Positions 37,407-48,710 of a stretch of DNA of 49,357 nucleotides are shown here, one piece after another (the first letter of the stretch is position 1; each line of letters opens with the position of its first letter). The position numbers and the translations under genes were made by a program. The DNA is from Phoronis australis (lineage: Eukaryota > Animalia > Phoronida), in assembly GCA_002633005.1 (NCBI GenBank), contig NMRA01000382.1, forward strand, positions 384,899 through 434,255, given 5' to 3'. Under the pieces are notes generated by a model, which saw only the letters and a program-made list of their open reading frames with translations, was not told where the DNA came from and did not search any database.

Positions 37407-38828
37407 ACGGTCCATATCCATATAGCTTCGCATACGGTCGACCTTACCTTGCCGAGAGGTGTCGCATTAACCTGTGAGGAAGGTGAGAAACGACGCAACG
37501 ACGTCAGTGGTTCATTTGCAGAGTGAATGCCGCTATGTTGTGGTGCATCGTTCATGCTTGTCCGAACTATGCAACTGTGAGGAAAGCAGGTACAACCTTT
37601 TTCGATTTCCTCGAGAGTCCGAAATGCTTAGTAACTGGCTCGCGGTAGTGAAGAATGAAAAATAAGCTGTTAATAGCACGTATGAGGCCGTGAAACATCT
37701 CCGTGTCTGTGGCTGGCAGTCGTAGACAGTGAGTCTGACGAATGCCGGCTTACAAAGAACTATCCATATTTGCGGAGTCTTCGTCGGATGAACTCTCGTC
37801 TAGAAGTCGGGATTCTATAGACGTTCTGCGTTCTGTTTCAAAATGAAATATTCTCGCCCTAACCTATGGTTATATAGAACTCAAACAAAGTCTGTCTCAT
37901 TAGATACAACTTGTAATTTCTTTGGAGTATTCGTGAGTGCAAATGTTTTGAAAAGCCATCAATGAATGAACCGCTACGTTACCAGCTTCAGATGCAGTAA
38001 AGGTAATAGCTCAGGGGCGATAGTTTATCCCCATAAAAAGTTACTCACTTCAAAATACAGCAAATAAAATCAAATGAAACATGCATATGCGCACATGGAG
38101 TTATAATTAATTAACACATACCCTGACTCATATAACTTGAACCTATCCATGAAAACCTCGCGGTTTGCTCAAGTTTCTCTCACAGGGCGCCATTTAAGGA
38201 AGTTACGTGAAATCACGAACAATAAGTCCAAGGAACACAAATCTTACAAATTCGCTTGATATGTTCTCATGTTATTTTGCAAGTGTCACGCGCCAGGTCT
38301 CGCGCTTCACTCAGTCTCGCGCTAGCCTTTGCCTCATACTCACCTGACCAGTTGAACTACTTTGTGGTTATCGCGCGCGCGGTTTAAGTTAACAGTAACC
38401 ACAATGTGGAGTTGGAATTCTTCGTCAAAGTCACCTGGATTCCCGTAGCTCTGCTTCATCGAAGATATGTTTAGAAGCAGAAACGACCACTGGAGAAAGT
38501 AAGCGCCTTTTTAGGTGATAATTTTAGATGTAGAATGTATTTTTGACGTCGTGAAAACTTAATCAGTGAGCGGATTTCGCATATCGCCCGTTTAAAATAC
38601 TCGAAACGAAATTAGTACAAAACGCGATACAACGTATTGTAGTGCGAATCTGAATTTCATTTGCCCTAACAGCAATGCTTGTTTGGCGGTGTGTCCAAAT
38701 ACCAATAAATCCGTAACAGCGAATTAAAACAACGCGTTTTTATAAGAAATCGGTGTATTTTTGAGGGTTTCACATCGAAGTTTGATGATTTATTGGTGTT
38801 AAACGATGAATTCAAGTGGTAAGCTGAC
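37407..38828 (+). mobile_element. Truncated Kolobok family 1 copy C, with its middle replaced by an inverted fragment of element X (~38012-38643)
   Basis: 37407-38007 matches copy A ~8597-9290 and 38688-38828 matches copy A ~9930-10050. It has no TIRs. ORF 37474-37665 retains FRFPRESEMLSNWLAVVKNE. Confidence 0.75.
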
Positions 38829-39314
38829 CTGGAAAATATCGTCTGCTAAAGTAGGTAGCCACTAGTGACTGAGTATAATGATCAGGTCAAAAGATCCTTA
38901 AGTTATATCATAACCTTCGAATTGCCAATACAACCGTGTAATAACTATATTAGGCGGGAACCGAAGACGGTTTCGAACCCGGGCCGCAAGAGTTTCGAGC
39001 CGTCGACTTCACCACTACACCAACCAGTAGCTGACGTCATCGAACGTGAAAATCGAATACTTAAATGAGCACGCTCAAAAATCGCAGTTCAGCAAAGGGC
39101 ATTGTACCGACATTTATAGGCTATGACAAATAAGACGCATACTTTCCATAACAACGATATTTTAGTTCAGTGAAAATTTTCTCTCATGTTCTCTCACTTA
39201 AAATTCACCGATCTCCATTTTGAATGTGGATATCGTGCCGCCAGGATCCTTTGGCTTGAGCATTATACTCAGTTGCCAGTAGTAACCTACTTTAGCAGAC
39301 GATTTTTCCCGGTC
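38826..39314. mobile_element. MITE with ~70-bp imperfect TIRs containing a tRNA-like segment
   Basis: Left ggaaaatatcgtctgctaaagtaggt..actgagtataatg..aaaagatcct. Right (reverse-complemented) gggaaaaatcgtctgctaaagtaggt..actgagtataatg..aaaggatcct. Confidence 0.8.
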
Positions 39315-40382
39315 GAAGCTTGGCGTGATAAAATGTGTAGTGAGCTATAATAGTTGCTAAACCTTAATTTATAGATTCATTCTATTTCTACATGTATTTT
39401 GTTTAAATTTTCAGTTGAGTTTGATTAAAAGCATTATTTGACAAAAATAGCTCAGGTTTTCATAAAAGGTCACGACCTCCGACCCCTGGCCTATGACAGA
39501 GGTAGTTACAAAGCCGAGGCGAGTCGAGAAAGGTCGATCGATTCATTGCAATGTTTCTCGTTCAGTATGTGGTATAAATAAATTATTACATGTTCTCAAT
39601 CGTTGTCCCCCTTTTCTAGAGCCCTCGGGCTCTAGAATACGGAGGATAATGACTTCGCCATGTAATAATCTTTATATAATTGTATCAAGTATACCTTGAT
39701 GTGCCAAATAATTTATTGGAACTAAACTACAAAACAAGCGGTAACATTTGCATGCTGTATGAGACAATATGTGAAGAAAATTACTGATATTATGTAAGGT
39801 ATTAGGTGTTGCTAGTACACGAGAATATTCTCTGAAGCAGAAGTCCGAATAACAAGACATTCCAAGAATACAGAAAGTCATTACTTCCTATGGTCAATCG
39901 CGTAACAAGAATCAGGCCAGGATACTGCACCCCTTTTCATCTTAGACAAAAATTGAACTACGAGGAGCATACATGTACATTGTATACAGTACATGCCTTC
40001 ATAAACAAACAAACAATCAAGTTACGACGAAATTAATTAGAATGCTCTTTTAAAGTCACTTTAAAGGGTCATCCGGATGTTGTACATTTAACACAACGGG
40101 AGTTCCAAGTCGTGGTAGAATGTTCATCAGTCATACTTGTCAAAATAATGCTTTTCTTCTTCACAAAAACTTGTGTGCTTGGTTTGTACTGTGTCGACTT
40201 CTGATCATTGCGAATCAGAACAGCATCGCAAACCCTAACGTTACACTTACACGTACACTGTATAGGGTACTTTTACAGGTTTATGGGTACACTTACTTGC
40301 ACACGTATACATACAATTGTAAATACTCGTGTTTATGCGCTGCTTAAGTGTTGCTCACAAAATGTACATTGTCATGTTACAG

Positions 40383-40764
40383 ATGTAGTTGTGAAGTGAA
40401 GATAAGATACAAGATCAACGGAACTGTAAAGACGCTCGGCGTTGCCGCTGAACTGGCAGCTAGGCCAAAATACTTCGCTTGCGGTAGCCACGTCAGCCAA
40501 TGCAAGAACCAGTGTAGAACGGCTGCTGGTAAGGCCCTTGCTGGTGAAGAGACAGCAGTAACTTTGGTGGATGCGAACATCGCCAACAATGTCTGTATGC
40601 TTCTGAACACGACAGTGCCTAAGCCAGGCGCCTTAGTGTACACCGAGTACGACGTGGGAAGGGGAAGCCGGGAAGACCCTCTGGGAAATGTCTGTTGTTT
40701 TGTAACTCCTGAGGCATACTGGGCATTTGGACTTCCGCCAATCCTTGCGACCTTGTGTAAATAG
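40383..40764 (+). CDS. Terminal domain exon D8 (CxC type, 8 Cys plus a tail Cys, stop codon)
   Basis: gttacAG acceptor in phase 2. CSCEVKIRY...FAC...QCKNQC...NVC...VCCFVTPEAYWAFGLPPILATLCK*, with no donor after the CC. Possible poly(A) signal ATTAAA at 41070-41075. Confidence 0.9.
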
Positions 40765-42837
40765 ACTATTTAACGAGTTCCATGAAATTTGCTGCTCACG
40801 ACAACAACTTAACGAATGTAATTTTGAATCGTACCTTAACTTTATTGATATCAGTGACGTCTTAAACATGGTGTGTTGGGGGATATGATCTACCCCAATA
40901 ACATGGTGTGACATTCTTACCAATGATTTGCGTGCTTCAGGAAAGGAACAGTTTAGAGAAAAATCACAGCGAAACATGGAGAAGACATAAAATTCACGAA
41001 AAAGTGCTTCATTCACACTTTGAGGTCCCTGGCCATAACATCGATCGTATTTTGCAGCATAGAACGTCTATTAAATTGCATTTGAAAACATACATTTTAT
41101 CTTTCATAAAGCACAACTTCTGCAGAGCATGTTAATTCAATAGAGTTTTAAATTCAAGTAGGAAATTTTAAGGAATCCAAAACTGTACTGTATTTCTCCA
41201 GGGACCCCCCTCTCTCTAAAGGGTTACGGAGCCATCCCTCGCATCCCTTTTGCTCATTTTCGAGATTGTTAATAGCTTGAACAAATTGAAAACCTGGCAT
41301 ATAGCATTCAATTGCTGCTAATTTCCGCTTTTTTGGATTTACTTTCATTTCATTTCATTTATTTGCACTCGAGACCATAGGCCCACAGTACGTATATAAC
41401 ATACCGGGTCTATACAATACAATACATTGAGTACGCATACACAAGCATGTACTATTCTAAGCATCCATAATTTTTGTCTGTGTATAGAGGCGTAATACAC
41501 AAACGTTTCGGCACTCAAGGATGGGAAATCCTCAAAGGTGCAATTTTTTGGAAATTTAGGATTCGTTCACACTGAGTTGTCCAACCCATGGATGACATCC
41601 CAAGCATCCACTCCTGTTTTATTGATCATTTCGTAAGATCCCGCTCATGAAGAGAGTGTCCATTGTTTTCTGGCTGGCATCTAAATACTAAAAAAGACAA
41701 TAGACAGATTCGTAGAAAATCTTTAGCGATTAGGAGGTAAGATGGTAAGAACTGGTTATGCTTCAGCGAGTTTAGTTGCAAGCTGAAATAAGCAAAATCA
41801 AGCTTTTCCCTAATAATAATAACGTATTTTGCTTACCTATAAAACAGTAAAAAATATTAATAAGAGTTNACCTACAGCTCTGTGAAGTCGTGTGTATTGC
41901 CCGGTTAGTACATGTAGTTCTGACTTGTAGGAGAACATATTGTAAGTACTGTCACCACGCAATATTTTGTCATATGACTACGAAAGGTATTTCAAACTCC
42001 CTATTTATAAAGTTCCCACGTTTTGAGTTCACATTTTTTGTAAAAACCAAGGCCTTTATACATTAATCATTCACATACGTTGATGACTAGAGGACGTTGT
42101 AAACAACACTAGCCAATCATAGTATAGGAACTTATTTTGATGCCCGCAGAGATTGTAGATTATCTACAGGTATTTCACCCGCGTACCAGAGTGTCTGAAC
42201 AGTTAAAACAATGTATCCACAGTCTTTAAAAAAGTGAACTCTAAAAATGTCATTGCAAGCATAGAATGTATAAGAGTATTTCCGGAATTTTCCATGGATT
42301 CTGAAAACAATAGTTAAAAGTTTTAAGGAGTAATTAGTGAATTTATCAGAAAAACGTTTTAACCAAAATTTGTACAGTATGCTTCGTTTATGGTGAAAGA
42401 AATATATTGAAAGGCGTCATCAGAGGGAAATACATTCCAGTTAATCAATCTGGCTTCAGTTGAAATTTATTTTTCTACTAATTTTACCCGAAATGAAGTT
42501 CGCCGAAAAGTGTCTTTCACTTTTGCCATGGTTTTGGCACGAATCATCGAACGCCATTTTTAAGATCAAGTTCTCAGTGGCATAAAATACTGGGTAAATG
42601 GACACGACAGGCAAGAAAACTGAGTACACATGTAACACGCGTCTTTTTTTCTACAAAAAGTACAACCACAATTGACCTATCGCTAGGATTATGAAGGACG
42701 GCTTAATTGACCAATCAGAACGCAGCATTCTTGGTACACCTTTGTCAGCGTTTCCAAGCCGCCATTTTACCCGACAAACCACACGCAGTCGAGTAAAACT
42801 TACTTTAGTCTGTAGCTCAAGAAATTGTTCTCTAAGA

Positions 42838-43010
42838 ATGGGGAAACCGTGTTGATATGACGTGTGTAGCCTCGACAGCCGTTATGCTGCTCCAGAATAA
42901 TATCCCGTCATTTTTGGCATGTCCTAAGCCGAAAAATGATGTTGAAAAGCGTAAACTATGGATCAAACTGCCTGTACGGCCACACGAGCAGCTGAACTTA
43001 GCGATAACTC
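42838..43010 (+). pseudogene. Decayed THAP N-terminus of a transposase (Harbinger/ISL2EU-like style)
   Basis: MGKPC*YDVCSLDSRY... then, after a frameshift, CPKPKNDVEKRKLWIKLPVRPHEQLN. This follows the C....C.SD.RY...F..FPKP....EK...WI..C.RP..QLN pattern I recognise from invertebrate transposon THAPs. It contains stops and a frameshift. Confidence 0.6.
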
Positions 43011-43728
43011 GAAGGCTATAACATACACATATATATATATATTAGTTCCAAGATACGCACTTTTCAGCTTGGTGGCTATGGTGCAGGGCTATCTCAGATT
43101 TTGACTCCCCAGTTGGCTACGTCTGGCCGCCTTTGTCTCGGCACCTGCTGGATCTCAGCACTCTAGCGGTAGTCCCCGGAAACTGTTGTTTTTAAGGACA
43201 TTTTTATTTTATGTTTTTTTTTATTTATTTCAACCTAATGGACATTATTTTGTTTCGTATCAGAGGTACATTTTTGTTATTCATAAACCGTAAGCTGGCG
43301 TTCAACTGAACTTCTCTCCCGGTCAAAATTCAGAGATTCGATCGGCACAGGGAAGGGCACTGGATTACTGCCGGAACTCAAAGCCTTGGTCGAGCTGTTG
43401 TCACTAAAAATAAACTGTTGAATTACTTTTTGACGTGTACCTCTAGCATACACTATGTCTGTAGAGTTAGAGAGAGCTCATTTTGGTGTGGTTCAAACAT
43501 GATACTTAGATTTATGAAGCTTTAAAAAAGAATTTGAGTCATTTTTGTAACATACCCTATGTTTGCAACTACCACACCAAACTTGTAATCTTTTGTAACC
43601 ATACCACGACTTAGTGATCATGGTACCTTCAAAATTAAATGAAAGCCATCTTTATGGAATGAAACTACAAAAAATGCCAAGTTCATAAGAAGGTAGGCCT
43701 AATTTAAATGTCTTAATGGTGGAAATTC

Positions 43729-44055
43729 CATAGGCGGATTTAGGGGGGATCATCGGCCCCCCCCCCCCCCCTTGGCTGCCGCAAGCAAAATGAAACAGCA
43801 AGAGCGTGAGGAAATATTGAGTTCAATAACTAGGACCTGTAGCGGAAGAGGGGGGGCTCAGACCCCAGATCGCTGCGGAATCGGTGTTCCTGTTTTTTTA
43901 GTCCACCGATAGATTTTCTGAACAGAAGGTCCAACGGTCTACATCCCTGGCCCCGTGCAAATTACGGGCCGCCTGTCCACATACAATCGCACTTTGCCCA
44001 ATTCCACGAGGCAACATATGTTGGGCCCCCCTGTGGTATCATAGATCCACCACTG
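43729..44055. mobile_element. hAT-like MITE related to the two above
   Basis: Termini CATAGGCGGATTTAGGGGG ... GATCCACCACTG with an exact 5-bp TSD AATTC. Confidence 0.75.
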
Positions 44056-47000
44056 AATTCCAGACATTAATTTTACTTTAGCACAGCCCTAGACCTAGGC
44101 TACCGGAGCTAACTGTTTGCCAAGGACGAGATGAGTGTGTACCTGAGTTATGAACCTGAATTTTTTTATCAAAATATTTTGTGACAAGATTAGAAAAGCT
44201 ATCGAGTCGATCTAGTCAGAGACTATAGTGCATGTGTTGTCTGTAATCTATGACCTACTTTACTTCAGGAGTCCCACCAGTTGTGACCTACTTTTCATTG
44301 AGCGAAATTTAGCAGACGACAGAATAAAAATATCGGTGAATCTTCACTGATTTTATTCGAAAGATCATGAAATCTATGGAATCGTACAGATAACTGGACT
44401 TTAAGGTACACACCCAGCTTTACATGAACATATCGTATCAGTGGCCTTGTCATTTGTCAGGTGAAGGTAGCCCCGAGGCCGAGGGGTTCTTCGGATTTTC
44501 TCTGGCTCCTCGAGCACTTATTTTTTGATCGTCACCTTTACAAATTCCCATATCATGAACGTACGATTCACTGTTGAAAAGCATCGCCTCTTGTTTCTGT
44601 CGACGAGTTTTCAAATAGTGCAAAAACACTCATCGATTGCACCAGGAACGTCGTTTAGCGACAGTGTATTTGCCTCTGACATCTCGTTCGAATGTCGGGT
44701 ATCACGTGACTTTTCGCATAGGGGCGAAGCTTGCGATAGGTCAATTGCGCAAAAACCTGATAATTTATGTCACTGTGTACTCACCACCACACCAAATACG
44801 ATAGTGAATTATTAAGTCTGTGCAAAGAAACTGCATCAGCCTTATAGGCTTGGAACGCAAAAAAACAGGATAAATTGTATTATTGAAAGTGGTTCCCCAG
44901 CAATAAAACAAAAATCAACCTCATCACCCGGATATTTGAGGTTTGTTTGTAAAAATTTGAATTTCTGTTCATGTCAAAGCATTTTTCTTTAGTTTCAAAT
45001 TACATAAAAACGATTTGTCAACTGACCGCCACATAATTGATTTTCACCCACAAGACAAGCATTTGGTGCGGCTAGACACTGAGGTAGAATATTTCCCTGA
45101 TATGGAATATGAGACCTTTGATCTATTGCTGAACTCCTTGACATGGCTCATATAGCCCTGTCAAACTCAGATTCGAATTGCAATTACACATGGTGACCTG
45201 CTGTTAATAACCATCTTGTCAGTCAGCTGTTGGTCAAATGACTGCGAACACATGCGCGCTCCTATCTTAAGTGGTAAGGAAAATTGATAATCTGTGGTGA
45301 CGATTGTGACAGAGCTTTTTCTTCGCACGTATTTCAAAAATCGTGAGTGTTGATGTTTTTTCCTGGAAATTTCCTCACAGGGGAAAGTGAATAACATTGC
45401 AATAGACGTTGCAATATGGTATAATAGTCAGGAATTGTTTAAAGGAAGTTTTTAACAAGCATCGCGTCCCATGTCTCTTTAACGTTTAATCATAACATCC
45501 GTACAGTGTCACAGAGTTTGTAGGGCACACATTTTATCCAGGCACATTTAAGAACCGTTAGTTACCAACACGACGACATTTAAGAGAGATATCACCGAAA
45601 ACGTTTTCTCACTTGTTTGAATAAAACATTGGTGACAAAGATTCTTTAATTTTACCAAAATCCCAACTTAGGACTTTTGAAACAAATGTCCTTACCTTGA
45701 CGCACAATACTCTTCACGTTTTTTGAAATGTCCGAACATTGCAACTAATATTCAACAGCGTGCAGCATGTTTAAATGAATATTGGATAACATAACATTGT
45801 GATTCGTATTAAAGAGGCATGGAAGGCGAAAGATCGTTAACAATATCTGATAAACAATTCTTGGCGAAAGTACCATGTCACAACGTCTGTTACAGAGTTA
45901 TTCTTTTTCCCCTTGGAAGGAATTTCTAGAAAGTCACATAACTCAAGATTATTGAAATAGGCACGAAGGAAGAACTATGTATTCACCACGGACTTTGTAG
46001 TCTGTCTCCCTCTCATTTATGATAAGCGCTCCTGCTCTCAGTCATTCAACAAACAGCTAACTGACAGGGTGGATATTAACTGCAAGTTATCATGTGTGAT
46101 TGTACATGTACTTTGAATCTGGAGTCGACAGCACTACAATGATGCAATACATTGAAGAAAGAGATCATTCAAAAATCATTCGAGTGCACTTAAGACTATA
46201 TTTGAATACTATACGATACTTTTATGACTAATTTTGCATTGATAAGATTTAAATCAACTACCTCTTAATCAGACTGGCTGCTGATTTAAGTGGTCAATGT
46301 TTTGTTTCATCAAAAGTAAAAGGTCCCATTTTTCATATAAAGGAAATGTGTTTCGTCTACGTCTTATCATACCAAATCAGGAAACAGGCTTTGCCTTGTG
46401 AGCAAAAAATCGACAAAGTGGCGAGAAGTTGACACATCGTTTTTTGAAACTTAAAACTAAAAGAAAAATGCTTCGACATAAAAAGATATTCAAAAGCTTT
46501 ACGATCAAACCGTGAAAATAACTGGTAAACATGTCAATTTCTGTTTCAGTTACTAAAGACTACTTTGCATAATGACATCATTATTTTGTTTTTCAGGACT
46601 CTTTAATTATGCTTCTAGGGTGTTCACCATAATTGTCTCAAAATGCTACTGTTGATGGTAAATGATGTTTTACTTCAAAGCGGAAAGTTTCATAGGAGGC
46701 CAGGGTAGGTGGCGGACCAGGGGAACAGTGTTTGAAGAAGTTACTGTCCATTGAATTGTACCTTTCTATATCATTGTGATATCAAGTGAGTATCTTTGGA
46801 AAAGTCGACAAATTAATCCAGAATTGAAGTCTGCTTTTGTCTTTGCCCAACTGTTGCCTCACAATTCTTACTTTGTTCGACATTTTTTAACAAAATACTA
46901 TCTTACTTCCCATTTTCTTTCATTCGAAGCAGCCTGGAAGTCTCAATTCATCACTTGTTCGGTATAAACATCAGAATGGTATTTGCGATGGAACGTAGCA

Positions 47001-48259
47001 TAGCCAAGAGATTGTTTGAGTTACGCAACTCCTGTCTGGACCATGGTGTTGTGTCTAATTCAATTACACAAAGTAAACATCTGGGATATAAAGTTTCTCC
47101 ACAAAAAAGTAAAAAAGCTGAACGCATTGTGCTAATCCCGTGACTTTCACTCTTCGAATTAACCTAACTGCTCTCATAGTTGGGAAAATTTTCATTTCAA
47201 GTTGCCATAACGTATTCCCAATAGAGGAATGCAAAAAAACTTGGTCGCGTCTGTGATTTAACAGTGGACAGCCACAACAAAATTGTACATCTGAGACGCA
47301 TATTAACTGTCTCCCGATGAGGGATAGGGCTCAAAATCTGAATTGCTGACACCAGCCAATGCTGATCGTTCCCGAACGTAGTGAGCAAAACTCGGGTCAC
47401 TCGTCTTAGGAGAAAACTTGGCACGGGTTTCATACACTACCACTAGGTGATGATGATACTTCGTCTATTTGATTTCAATCCACTTTGCCTCTTTCTTTTG
47501 ATATTAATGTAATCACGAATTTTGCTTGTAAGAATGCCTGTGACACTATTTTTATCAATAATTACAAACTGTTCATGAACTCTGAATTTCCACATTTTAT
47601 TATTTTTTACGTTATCAAGAGCCGGGTAAAGATAGGAAGAGCCACACGTCACATCAGTGGCCAATCCGCATTCCTCCGTGTTACAAGACGTAAGTTAATA
47701 ATCGCCAAATACTGCGGCAAGTAGATATTGCTGTAGTCTGTTCTTCTTGGTTTCTCCGGCGTGTTTAAATTGCAAAACTTTAAAATCATTGACTAGCGTG
47801 TCCCTGTTAAACTATATTTTTTGAAAACTTTAGTTAAGGGATTAGCATTTACCATGAGATGCAGTTTGAGGTTAATGCCCAGGAAGTTTTATTGGTGTAA
47901 TTGACTTCATATGCAATGGTTAATTGTCATATAAATTTGAATGATTAGTCTCAAGTAGACTAATCATATGTAGTATAGGTGGAGAAATTTCACCTGGTAT
48001 CATTTCCGTTGTACCATGTGCGGTGTATGTTCCCTGGAACCGCATATATTATCCTGGACAACTATTAATACGTTGGAAAAATCAAATTTATTGTCATTTA
48101 TATAGCAGTTATTCCAGAACATAAATACTGTAGAAGTGCTAGGCTTCATGGCTGAGATATCTTTGATATTTTATGGATTGATATGTGTTGTCTTATGTAC
48201 ATTAAACATGGAATTTTTTCTAACAATTTAAGCGTTATGAAGATGTTCCAAGGGGCCTT

Positions 48260-48710
48260 GTGCGCATGCGTATTAGTGCCTAGTATTTGATGCCAAGTGG
48301 CACATTTCGCGATCTACGCTTTGCCATAAATGTCGCCGATTGATCGAGGAAAATCTGGAGGTCTTTATGGTTGTTTATCGGTTTCGATGTCAATAAATGT
48401 AACTAGTGAACGTGTGTCTGTCTCAGATAAAATGTTTGAGTTAAATTTCTCTCAGATTTGACATGCTTGGAGTTATTCCGGAAGTGCCCGGCAGGCGGCC
48501 ATATTGGATGTCAGTTGTATACATTTCTCTTTATTTAGTTCATAGTTGAGGGTTAATGAAAGGTGCCTGTGGTTAAGCATTGTTGTCCAGCGACCAAGTG
48601 TAAGCTCAATTTGTGTAGTTTGATGTTCAATGCATGTATCAGTGATTGATGCCTGTTGTGCGTTTTCTGATAATACAGTATTCTCTTTCTCACGTTCTCA
48701 AAATGGCGGG
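48260..48710. promoter_or_regulatory. Possible housekeeping-type promoter motif cluster
   Basis: TGCGCATGCG (NRF1-like, 48261), CCGGAAGTG (ETS, 48478), GCGGCCATATT (YY1-like, ~48496) and AAAATGGCGG (YY1, ~48700). No associated exon was identified, and such motifs also occur in transposon ends. Confidence 0.3.

Noticed and set aside
17211-40764. Reading the Cys-rich ORFs as a cluster of separate small genes
   Set aside because: None has its own credible start or signal peptide. ORF-track starts lie in polypyrimidine tracts or mid-domain, and most stops are part of GTAAG donors. Only one signal exon and one terminal exon were found.
46597-46657. Exon-like segment after a strong ttttgtttttcAG acceptor (MLLGVFTIIVSKCYC*)
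   Set aside because: In-frame stop, no partner exons and no recognisable homology. It could be a UTR exon but this cannot be supported.
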